A stretch of 64,000 nucleotides of DNA from Candidatus Hydrogenedentota bacterium. GTDB lineage: Bacteria > Hydrogenedentota > Hydrogenedentia > Hydrogenedentales > SLHB01. Shown here in pieces: positions 31,250 through 39,792 of this stretch (the first letter of the stretch is position 1; every line of letters begins with the position of its first letter). A program made the translations under genes and the position numbers. The DNA is taken from NCBI GenBank assembly GCA_029974275.1, contig JARKSN010000030.1, positions 14,157-78,156 on the forward strand. Reading direction: 5' to 3'. The notes beneath the pieces are model-generated. The model ran no database searches. It was given only the letters and a program-made list of their open reading frames with translations, and was not told the origin of the DNA.

Positions 31250-32065
31250 TCAGAAGGTCATGATGGCGTTCAGTGCGGTGATCACATGCCGCAACATGGT
31301 TTCCCGGCTGTGGGAATATGTCCAGTATTCGGCGGTCAGGGGACCGTCGAAACCTACGTCGCCGAGCGCTTCCATAACGGCGGGCCAGTTGACGTCGCCC
31401 TCCATGAGCATGACGAAGCCGCCGAGGGTGGCGACGGCAGCGCGAAAGTCCTTCATGTGAACGGCCCGGATACGGTGGGCCAGGATGCGAATCCAATGTT
31501 CGGGATAGCCGTAGGGAATAATGTTGCCGACGTCGACGTAGGCCCCCACCCACGGGCTCTCGCATTGGTCGATAAAGTCACGCATTTCGGTCGGGCTGAG
31601 AAGCAATTTGTTCCATACGTTCTCGACGGCGATGGCGACGGCGGCGCGTTCAGCATCGGGAAGCAGGGCTTGAACGCCTGCGAGAGCGTTCTCGAGAGCC
31701 TCGTCGTATGAGGTGGCCGCGTCAACGACGCCGGGCACGACGAGCAGGGCTTTCGCGCCGAGCCATCCGCCAATTTGTAGGGCTTTCCGGTTCGATTCAA
31801 TGCCTTTTGCGCGAACGGCGGGATCGATGGAAGACATGGGGACCTGCCACCCCATGCCGCTGGCGATGCTGTGCAGCACTATGTCTTCTTTTTCTGCATG
31901 ACGCCGTATGGCGGTCGCTTCCGCTTCGGTGAGGGTGATGGGGGTCGGGCCTTGTTCGCCCACGCACAGTTCGAACGCTTGGAAACCCAACCGTTTGGCC
32001 CATGAAATGGCCTCAACGGCGGGCATGGCATCGGGAAAAGCCCACTGATTGATTCCAGGTTTCAT
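31250..32065 (-). CDS. sugar-phosphate isomerase/epimerase (AP_endonuc_2 TIM barrel; hexulose-6-P isomerase / ribulose-5-P 3-epimerase-like)
   Basis: AGGAGG RBS; ENVWNK.LLSP.E, DVGN....GYPEHWI, VHMKDF, GDVNWP. Confidence 0.85.
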   Translation of the reverse strand: MKPGINQWAFPDAMPAVEAISWAKRLGFQAFELCVGEQGPTPITLTEAEATAIRRHAEKEDIVLHSIASGMGWQVPMSSIDPAVRAKGIESNRKALQIGGWLGAKALLVVPGVVDAATSYDEALENALAGVQALLPDAERAAVAIAVENVWNKLLLSPTEMRDFIDQCESPWVGAYVDVGNIIPYGYPEHWIRILAHRIRAVHMKDFRAAVATLGGFVMLMEGDVNWPAVMEALGDVGFDGPLTAEYWTYSHSRETMLRHVITALNAIMTF

Positions 32066-32151
32066 TGGTTTCCTCCTTTTGCTTCTCTTTATTTCCATCC
32101 GGCGTAATCGAAGCCCGACATACGTTGTTCGACGTTCGATCCGCTTTTGTT

Positions 32152-32208
32152 GTTATGGTTCCCCAGAAACCACGAGACAATTGTGTTCCGAAACGATTAT
32201 CCGAAACG
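32152..32208 (-). promoter_or_regulatory. candidate promoter with upstream 9-bp direct repeat
   Basis: Minus strand TTGTCT-17 nt-CATAAC; TCCGAAACG at 32187 and 32200. Confidence 0.4.
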
Positions 32209-32253
32209 TCCCGCAAAACAACCTGAAGCGCCTGTGGCGATGCGGCACTCCCG

Positions 32254-34119
32254 CTACTGGGCCGCGAAGACCTCGATCGCGCGCAGGCACGTCTCGCGCC
32301 TCATTTCCGGAACCACGATTTCCTGGCCGCCTCCGGGGCGTTTTCCCGAATCGCTGGTCCGAGTGATATACAAGCGGACCGCTTTCGTCGAAACCGGCGC
32401 AAAGATGTGGAGATACTCGAACTCGTTGGGTCGAAAGATGTACTCTCCGGGGCCGCCGTAGAACTCGATATAGCGTTTTGCGTTTTCCACGGGCGGGATA
32501 AGATCGACCCACTTGCCTTCTTTCAGGCATTGCAGCCGGTAATCGAGGGGAACGCACTCGGTGCTGGGGCGGTTGTACCACTCCGGGGCGCCGGGCTGAA
32601 GGTGGATTTCGTCGATGCGCTGCTTTTTCGACCAGTGCAGTTCCACCCATGCGGGAAGAGTCTCTAGGGTCAGCACCGGTTGGTTGTAGGGATTCCGAAG
32701 GATCAGCGTCGGGGCGTCGTCGCTCGCAGAGGCGATCACCCGAGCGCCCGCATCGGACATGGCCACGTTGCGCTTATTCGGTTGGGCCGGGCAGTAGACC
32801 GACAGTTTTTTTCGAGAGAGGTCTGGGTTGTATTCATTGCGCAGACGGGAATCGAAGGGCGCCTCCGCGATCGTCCGGTCGGCGTTTACGGGCGCGTCGC
32901 TCGGAGTCCAGCTCACGAGGCCAATATCCAACATGCCAGGTCCTGGCACGTTGCGGCGCCCTGTGGTATACGCGGTCAGCAGCGAACCGTCCGGCAACAG
33001 CACGGTCGATGTCATTTGGCTAAAGCAAGACCAAGCATGGGGTCCCCTTTTGATGGCCTTCCACCGGTTCAGGATATAGCGGTGGTCCAAGTCCCATGTC
33101 TGTCCATTGTCATGGCTGACGACCGCCTCAACGCCGAATTGCAGGTAGCCGTCCGTAGTCTCGGGATAGCCCTTGCGCACGACGTACGTCATCACGATGT
33201 CGCCATTGGGCGTGAGGACCATGCTTGGGTGATGCCGTCCCCAATCATAAAGCATTGCCGGGGCGGACCACGTCTCGCCGTTATCTTTGGAGATGGAGAC
33301 GCCCAAGCCGTCGTAGTTGTCGAGGTTGTTTTTGTGGAATCGCGTGGGCCAATCGACCCGGCACGCAGCAACCAAGTCGCCGTTCTTAGCCCGGACAAAC
33401 GCAATCTCGCTGCAGCCGCGCCACTGCGACGGGTTGACGACGTCGCTCCATGTTCGGCCCATGTCCGTACTGGTGCGCAGTCCCCCGAGGGAGAAGCCGG
33501 GCATTGCAGCGCCCTTGTAGGCGAGTTGATCCATGAGATAACCGCCGAGAAGCAGTCGTTTCACTTCACCACTCGACACATCACGGTCCACGAGCGGCGG
33601 GTCCCAGCCAAAGCAATACGTAAAACGGCTGTCGAAAGGAGACGGAACTGCGGCGCGATCGCTCCACGTTTCGCCATAGTCGGAACTGAACCAACCCCAG
33701 AATCCGTCGCTGGTTCCCGAGAACAGGGAGAGCTTGCCATTGCCCAAGTAGGTAAGGCCGCACCCCATGCCGGTGTCGGGGTTTCCCGATGCGTCCGTGT
33801 GGACATATCCGCGCTTCGACCATGTCGCGCCGCGATCGTCGCTTCGCAGAATCAACGCGCCGCCGCAATCGACGATCATCAACAGACGATCTTTTTCGGG
33901 AAGGTAGATGACGTAGGGAACGGACACCACGGTGTTCCAGCTTTCCGTCATGATCTGCGTTTTTGCGTCAAGTTCCCGCTGCTCGGTCCGACCGTTGAAC
34001 TGAATGACCCTGTGGGGTTTCCACTGAGCCCACGCGGCGACCGACGGAAGGAGAATGATTCCTGAAAGAAATAGAGAGATGCTCAAGAGGCATCTCTTTG
34101 CAGCGTTCGCTCTGACCAT
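32254..34119 (-). CDS. secreted BNR/Asp-box (sialidase-like) protein with C-terminal discoidin-like domain
   Basis: Signal peptide; five S-x-D-x-G-x-T-W boxes; WVELHW..IDEIHL..TKAVRLYIT tail. Confidence 0.8.
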   Translation of the reverse strand: MVRANAAKRCLLSISLFLSGIILLPSVAAWAQWKPHRVIQFNGRTEQRELDAKTQIMTESWNTVVSVPYVIYLPEKDRLLMIVDCGGALILRSDDRGATWSKRGYVHTDASGNPDTGMGCGLTYLGNGKLSLFSGTSDGFWGWFSSDYGETWSDRAAVPSPFDSRFTYCFGWDPPLVDRDVSSGEVKRLLLGGYLMDQLAYKGAAMPGFSLGGLRTSTDMGRTWSDVVNPSQWRGCSEIAFVRAKNGDLVAACRVDWPTRFHKNNLDNYDGLGVSISKDNGETWSAPAMLYDWGRHHPSMVLTPNGDIVMTYVVRKGYPETTDGYLQFGVEAVVSHDNGQTWDLDHRYILNRWKAIKRGPHAWSCFSQMTSTVLLPDGSLLTAYTTGRRNVPGPGMLDIGLVSWTPSDAPVNADRTIAEAPFDSRLRNEYNPDLSRKKLSVYCPAQPNKRNVAMSDAGARVIASASDDAPTLILRNPYNQPVLTLETLPAWVELHWSKKQRIDEIHLQPGAPEWYNRPSTECVPLDYRLQCLKEGKWVDLIPPVENAKRYIEFYGGPGEYIFRPNEFEYLHIFAPVSTKAVRLYITRTSDSGKRPGGGQEIVVPEMRRETCLRAIEVFAAQ

Positions 34120-34167
34120 GATGAAACATCCTTTTCTGGCAGGCGCCTTCTCTGCTTTCCGCTTGTG

Positions 34168-35205
34168 CTATTGTTCCGGGTCGGGTTTGGGCTTCTCGAT
34201 TCGTTCGCCGCGCTTGGGATGCCATTTCTTCCCGTCCGGCGTCACCGAAGCCCAGGCATACGTCCCCTTCCGCAAATTGAGCGTAATCAGTTTGCCCCCC
34301 TTTGGAAGATGGGGTGTCCCATACGCGATGGAGCCGGTGCAGCGTCCGTAGACCAGTTCTACGCCGTCCACGACGCCCGAATAATCGTTGATGTGATCAT
34401 GGCCGCAAAACGTGGCTTTTACCCCGATAGCCCGGAACACCGGCAATGTCGAGCCGTCCTCGCTCGCCGTGCATGCCTGCTCGCTTCGAAATCCGGTCGC
34501 TACCCCAGAAGTCCAGATACCTTCGTATTGCTTTAGCGGAACATGGAAGAATGCCATGCGTGGGACCGGTGCTTTGTCGCGTGCCACCAGTGTCTTCATC
34601 CATGCCTGCTGCTCCTGACCCATACTGTCCATCTTCGAGTTGAGACATACCAGTTGCCACGCCCGCGTGCCATTTGGACGCACGATATCGATCGTGTAAT
34701 TACCGTCTCCTGCCGCGCCGCGGTAAAGCGAATTCCTGGCCGCAGCGAGTTCTTTGTGGGCGGCGGGATAGTCGGACACGCGGTCGTGGTTGCCCCAGAC
34801 AAAAGCCCAAGGCACACCCAGTTTCTCGAACCTCGAGATGGCGTACCGCATATAGTGCACGCCCAGTTCATCCTCGTTTTCCGGCCAGACATCCCCGGTG
34901 ACCATAAGCAGATCGGGCTTGGTCTGGGCGATCAGTATCTCCATCATCAGGTTCGTTTCCGCGCATCGCAGCTCCGGGCGAATCTTGCCTTCCTCCTCGT
35001 AGAATGCGTAGTGAAGGTCGGTGACTTGCAGAATGCGGAAAGAACCGCTTTCGGGCGCGGCGGTCGCGCACACATTTCCGTCGTCTTTCTCTGGGACGAT
35101 AGTCACTCCAGCGGCATATGCGTGTTGTCCCGGTTGGAAGCAGGATAATGCGACCAGCGCCAAGCACAACGCTCCCCAGAAATGGACTTGTATTCGTTTT
35201 GACAT
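34168..35205 (-). CDS. secreted calcineurin-like metallophosphoesterase (Dcr2-like)
   Basis: ILQVTDLH, VTGD, WGNHD, FFHVPL, CGHDHIND. Confidence 0.85.
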   Translation of the reverse strand: MSKRIQVHFWGALCLALVALSCFQPGQHAYAAGVTIVPEKDDGNVCATAAPESGSFRILQVTDLHYAFYEEEGKIRPELRCAETNLMMEILIAQTKPDLLMVTGDVWPENEDELGVHYMRYAISRFEKLGVPWAFVWGNHDRVSDYPAAHKELAAARNSLYRGAAGDGNYTIDIVRPNGTRAWQLVCLNSKMDSMGQEQQAWMKTLVARDKAPVPRMAFFHVPLKQYEGIWTSGVATGFRSEQACTASEDGSTLPVFRAIGVKATFCGHDHINDYSGVVDGVELVYGRCTGSIAYGTPHLPKGGKLITLNLRKGTYAWASVTPDGKKWHPKRGERIEKPKPDPEQ

Positions 35206-35391
35206 ATTTGCGTCTCCCGAAGTTAGCGGTCATCTTTCATCATGTTGTCTTTTCGTTACTCCGTGCGTCTGGAACAGTTTACGTTGTTAGGACGAAAATT
35301 GCCAGGAACCGGAAATCTTCGGCCCCCGGGAAGTAAGGGCCATCGTGGTTTTTTTACAAAATATGGGGCTGGGGCTGAAAAAAACACTTTC

Positions 35392-35433
35392 TATTGTGTT
35401 GTCAGCTTTGGTATACTAGAGCCCAACACAATA
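35392..35433 (+). promoter_or_regulatory. extended -10 element (TGgTATACT) inside a 42-bp imperfect palindrome upstream of murC
   Basis: TATTGTGTTG...CAACACAATA perfect 10-bp arms; inner GCTTTGGTATACTAGAGC. Confidence 0.55.
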
Positions 35434-35448
35434 TAGGCAACGTGTACT

Positions 35449-36900
35449 ATGGGGTGGTATGCAGTGAATGGATTGAAGCGAAAGGTCCATTTTGTCGGTG
35501 TCGGCGGCATCGGGATGAGTGGTCTTGCCGAGATATTGTTGAATTTGGGTTATCAGGCGTCGGGTTCCGATCTCAAGGCTTCTCCGATCACGGAACGGCT
35601 GGCCTCGCTGGGGCTCGAGTTTCATGAGGGGCATGCCGCGTCCCATATCGGCGACGCGGGCATTGTTGTCATTTCGGCGGCCGTGCAGGAGGACAATGTG
35701 GAGGTCGTAGCGGCGAAGCGCCGGGGCACGCCGGTGATTCATCGCAGCGATTTGCTCGCGGATTTGATGCGCCTGAAACCGAACGCCGTGGCCGTCGGCG
35801 GCACGCATGGCAAGACGACTACGACCTCGCTCATCAGCGCCATTCTCGATCGCGCGAACATCGGCGCAACGAGCATCGTCGGCGGCATCCTGCATCGCAG
35901 CGGCACGAACGCGCGCTGGGGCACAGGGGATTATCTCGTCGCGGAAGCGGATGAGCACGACGGATCGTTCCTGCGTTTGCACCCGACTATCAGCGTCGTG
36001 ACAAATATCGACGCAGAGCATCTCGAATATTACGGCACGCTCGACAAGATCAAGCGCGCCTTCACGGATTTTTGCAACGGCGTGCCCTTCTATGGCTATT
36101 CGATTGTCTGTTGGGACGACCCGAATGTGCGCGCGATCCTGGAGGATATCGAGAGCGTCTGCATCACGTACGGTCTTGGCGAGGGGGCGTCGTTGACCGC
36201 CGCGAACGTGGCGATGTGCGGGGTCGATGAAGACGCTACCGTGGCGGAACGGCTTTCAAAACTTGGGATGCAATTCGATGTCATTAGCCACGACGAGCGG
36301 TTGCAGGCCACCGGAAAACTCGGCGCTGTGCGCGTGCATGCCATCGGCGAGCACAACGTGCGCAACGCATTGGCGGCGTGCGCGGTGGGATTGTGTCTCG
36401 GCATGAAGTTCGGCCACATCGCCGAAGGCCTCAAGTTGTACGACGGCGTGCAGCGGCGGTTGCAAGTGCGCGGCACGCAACGCGGCGTTACGGTCATCGA
36501 AGACTACGCGCACCATCCGACCGAGATCGCGAGCACGCTCGAAGCGGTCCGGTGGGTCAAGCCGGGCCGCGTCATCGCGGTGTTTCAGCCGCACCTGTAC
36601 AGCCGCACCAAATTTTTCAGCGACGAATTCGCGCAGGTGTTGAGCGGCGTTGACCGCGCGATCGTGACGGACATTTATCCCTCGCGCGAGGAGCCGATGC
36701 CGGGCGTGGACTCGGGCCTCATCGTTGATGCCGCGCACGCAAAAGGCGCGATGCACGTCGAACTCGTCAACGACATGAACAGCGTTCCCGCACTGCTGAC
36801 TCCCTGTCTCCAAGACGGCGACGTGGCGCTCGTGTTGGGCGCCGGCAACATCAATCGCATCTGCGCGCCGTTGCTGGCCGAATTGCGGAGGGCTACATGA
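35449..36900 (+). CDS. murC: UDP-N-acetylmuramate--L-alanine ligase
   Basis: HFVGVGGIGMSGLA, GTHGKTTTT, EADEHDGSF, DYAHHPTEI, FQPHLYSRT. Confidence 0.96.
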   Translation: MGWYAVNGLKRKVHFVGVGGIGMSGLAEILLNLGYQASGSDLKASPITERLASLGLEFHEGHAASHIGDAGIVVISAAVQEDNVEVVAAKRRGTPVIHRSDLLADLMRLKPNAVAVGGTHGKTTTTSLISAILDRANIGATSIVGGILHRSGTNARWGTGDYLVAEADEHDGSFLRLHPTISVVTNIDAEHLEYYGTLDKIKRAFTDFCNGVPFYGYSIVCWDDPNVRAILEDIESVCITYGLGEGASLTAANVAMCGVDEDATVAERLSKLGMQFDVISHDERLQATGKLGAVRVHAIGEHNVRNALAACAVGLCLGMKFGHIAEGLKLYDGVQRRLQVRGTQRGVTVIEDYAHHPTEIASTLEAVRWVKPGRVIAVFQPHLYSRTKFFSDEFAQVLSGVDRAIVTDIYPSREEPMPGVDSGLIVDAAHAKGAMHVELVNDMNSVPALLTPCLQDGDVALVLGAGNINRICAPLLAELRRAT

Positions 36901-37682
36901 CCACGCACACGTTTGCGGCGTCGCGGCATCGCGGGACGGGCCAGAAGCTGTTTCGGGCGTTTGCGAACACGATGACTTTTTTTCTGTTCGTAGCGTTTGT
37001 GGGCGGCGTGGCGTATGGGTTGTATCGTTTTGCGATTCAATCCCGCACGTTCAACGTCAGGACGGTCCACATCGAAGGGGCCTGTTTCTTACAGGAGGCA
37101 GACATCCTCGCTCAGTCCGGGATCACGTCGGACGACAATCTTCTGTTTTTGAACGTCTCCTCGGTGCGCGATCGGATGCTGGCGATTCCGTATGTTCGGA
37201 CCTGTGAGGCGTTGCGCACTTTTCCCGACACGGTGACGATCCGCATCGTGGAGCGCGTTCCGAAAGCCACCCTCGTCGTCAATAACCGCAACTATGAAAT
37301 CGATGAGGAGAGCGTGGTGCTGCGAGAGATTCCGTCGGGCGATCCCTGCCCTGAGCCTTTCATCACCAACGTTGGGGGGAGCCAGGCCGTCGAGCCGGGT
37401 CTGCGCCTGGAACAGCCCGAGATTGCGCAAGCGTTGAGCGCGTGGAAGGCCTTCCGCGCCGAACCCATCGCGCAGGAGATCACGCTTTCCGAGATTGCGG
37501 CGCTGCGCGTGAACGACATCCGGATGTATTTCAACGAACTGCCTTTCGAGGTCCGGTGGGGCCGCAAGGATTTCGAGAGTCAGGCGCGGCGGTTCGAGAC
37601 GCTTTGGCGCGCCAAGGAAAAGTGGTTGCCGTGCGCGGAGTATCTTGATCTGCGTTTTGATAGGGATGTGGCATGTAAGTGA
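36897..37682 (+). CDS. ftsQ: cell division protein FtsQ/DivIB
   Basis: Single TM helix, POTRA (..FPDTVTIRIVERVP), C-terminal YLDLRF; lies between murC and ftsZ. Confidence 0.8.
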   Translation: MTTHTFAASRHRGTGQKLFRAFANTMTFFLFVAFVGGVAYGLYRFAIQSRTFNVRTVHIEGACFLQEADILAQSGITSDDNLLFLNVSSVRDRMLAIPYVRTCEALRTFPDTVTIRIVERVPKATLVVNNRNYEIDEESVVLREIPSGDPCPEPFITNVGGSQAVEPGLRLEQPEIAQALSAWKAFRAEPIAQEITLSEIAALRVNDIRMYFNELPFEVRWGRKDFESQARRFETLWRAKEKWLPCAEYLDLRFDRDVACK

Positions 37683-37786
37683 TCGGCGAGGCTCCCCGGC
37701 GCGGCGCGCGCAGGGGAGCTTTCCGGTCGATATCGGCACTAACGACGGGCCGCTGCAGGCGGCGGCGCAAGCGGGAGGCGGAGTAT

Positions 37787-39196
37787 ATGGACAGGCACAC
37801 GACTGGCGGCAGCAATGGGCAGGGCGCGCCGAGCGCGATCACGACGTTGAGCGCGCGAACGATGGGGCAGCGCGACGGCGCCACGGGTCAGCCTCCGATG
37901 GCGATTGGCATCGCCGAGGAGTTCAACTCCTTCGATCAGCGCGCGATCATCAAGGTGTGCGGCATTGGCGGCGGCGGCGGCAACGCCATCACGCGCATGA
38001 TTGCGGCGGGACTGAAGGGCGTCGAGTTCATCGCCGTCAACACCGACGCTTTGGCGCTCAAGCATTCGCCCGCCAGCACACGGCTTCAGATCGGGGCCGA
38101 GATCACGAGCGGGCTGGGCGCGGGCGCAGAGCCGGAGGTGGGACAGAAGGCCGCGTTGGAGGATATTGGCCGCATTGAGGATGTCGTGCGCGGAGCCGAC
38201 ATGGTGTTTGTGACGGCTGGGCTTGGCGGCGGCACGGGAACCGGGGCATGTCCGATTGTCGCGGAAGCGGCGCGCAAGAACGGCGCGTTGACCGTCGGCA
38301 TCGTGACGTTGCCGTTCGATTTCGAGGGTTCGCGCCGCATGGAGAATGCGATGCGCGGCTTGGCCGATCTCGAGGCCAATGTCGATTCGCTCATTGTCGT
38401 GCCGAATGAGCGCCTCGCCTCGCTTTGCCAGGGCAGCAACATCAGCTTTCTGAATGCTTTTGTGCAGGCTGACGAGGTGTTGCATAACGGCGTGCGCGCC
38501 ATTTCCGAAGTCATTCATGTATTGGGGCTTGTCAATCGCGATTTTGCCGACGTTCGCACGACCATGAAGAACGGCGGGCGGGCCTTGATGGGGATTGGCG
38601 TGGCAGAGGGCGAAAACCGCGCTATCCGCGCCGCGGAGGAGGCCATCATTTGTCCGCTGCTCGAACAATCGAGCATCGACGGGGCCACGGGCGTCATCGT
38701 CAACATCAAGAGCGGCTGCGACATCGGCATGCGCGAAGTGCAGGAGGCCGTCAGCATCGTCAAGAAGGCGGCTCATCCGAGCGCCAACATCTTGTTCGGT
38801 GCGGTTGTCGACACAGAGCAACGTCCGGATGTTCAGGTGACCGTCATCGCGGCGGGATTCAAGAACGCAGCGGCCGCGCCTGCGACCGGCGCGCCGAACG
38901 CAGCGGAAGCGCCTCTCGTCGTGGAAGGGCCCTCTTCCCCGGTTGTCGCCGTCGAATCTTCGCCCTCGGAAACGCTTCCTAAAGCGCCGACGGCAACGCC
39001 GTCCAAGTCCGAGCCGGTCGCGGTCGTTCTGCCGAAGGCGGCCAAGCCGGAACCGGAGGAGACGCGCGGGATCGAGCCTCAAATGCCGCTTCCTGGAGTC
39101 GAATCGGCCAAAGCGGAATCCGTCCCTGTCCCTTCCGCGGATGAGGAAGACATGGCGTATCCCACGTTTTGGCGAAATCGGTTTAGAAAGAAGTGA
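37787..39196 (+). CDS. ftsZ: cell division protein FtsZ
   Basis: GIGGGGGNA, AVNTD, GLGGGTGTG, N-x-DFADV; ATG 37787 follows GGGAGG (alternative start 37898). Confidence 0.96.
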   Translation: MDRHTTGGSNGQGAPSAITTLSARTMGQRDGATGQPPMAIGIAEEFNSFDQRAIIKVCGIGGGGGNAITRMIAAGLKGVEFIAVNTDALALKHSPASTRLQIGAEITSGLGAGAEPEVGQKAALEDIGRIEDVVRGADMVFVTAGLGGGTGTGACPIVAEAARKNGALTVGIVTLPFDFEGSRRMENAMRGLADLEANVDSLIVVPNERLASLCQGSNISFLNAFVQADEVLHNGVRAISEVIHVLGLVNRDFADVRTTMKNGGRALMGIGVAEGENRAIRAAEEAIICPLLEQSSIDGATGVIVNIKSGCDIGMREVQEAVSIVKKAAHPSANILFGAVVDTEQRPDVQVTVIAAGFKNAAAAPATGAPNAAEAPLVVEGPSSPVVAVESSPSETLPKAPTATPSKSEPVAVVLPKAAKPEPEETRGIEPQMPLPGVESAKAESVPVPSADEEDMAYPTFWRNRFRKK

Positions 39197-39530
39197 GGCA
39201 ACTCGCTCGCACGCTATCGCTTCCAAGGGCTGGAAGGCGTTGGGGGGATAGTGCTTTCCATGCCCGCAGGGGCAAGGCCTTGCCGTTTCTGAAAGCGTTA
39301 TATTCCCTTGACATATGTCCAGCGATGCGCAAGAATGCATGAGCGTGGCGCGGATGTTCTCAAGCCTGCGTCGTCCGCTTAAAACGATATGTTGTCATGT
39401 TTTTCCGCTGCGGGCGTGGCGGCTTTGGAAGAACTGCCGAGGCCGAGGGGTTTGCTTGTGCGGGGCATGAGTGAGGTTTTTTTCGCGCCATTTTTTTCGC
39501 AGGGAGAGGGAGATTGCACGCGGGAAGGTA

Positions 39531-39620
39531 ATTTGTTGACAAATAGATTCATAAGTCGAATGTTTTCAATGATATCTATCATTATTTACATTGACAGAAG
39601 TGGGGATTGTCTGGTACATT
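39531..39620 (+). promoter_or_regulatory. AT-rich promoter of the type IV filament operon with two palindromes
   Basis: TTGACA(39591)-18 nt-TACATT with extended TG; ATTTGT-TG-ACAAAT and AATGATA-TC-TATCATT upstream. Confidence 0.6.
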
Positions 39621-39792
39621 GATAGTGACTCTCATACGCGACGCGAGAGGTCGTCCGGGATGGGCAAGAGGCCTGTAAGCGCGATCGTATATAGGGGCGG
39701 GATCGGTCTCTGAGACAGGAGCGCGGGTGCGCACCGATGCGGGGGCGCGTGTGGATGCCCGTCGCCCAGGCAAGAGCAAAGGGAAGGCAGCC

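Noticed and set aside
30980..31711. 243-aa + strand ORF and 197-aa - strand ORF (30972-31565)
   Set aside because: Both overlap the epimerase gene and the promoter region, and lack motifs
39568..39583. Calling the palindrome a Fur box
   Set aside because: Half-sites are similar but the spacing differs from the Fur consensus; kept only as an unassigned operator
39627..39792. c-di-GMP riboswitch in the pilB leader (also considered for 30940-31145 and 62825-62980)
   Set aside because: I could not find the GEMM core motifs in the right order; an Infernal search is needed
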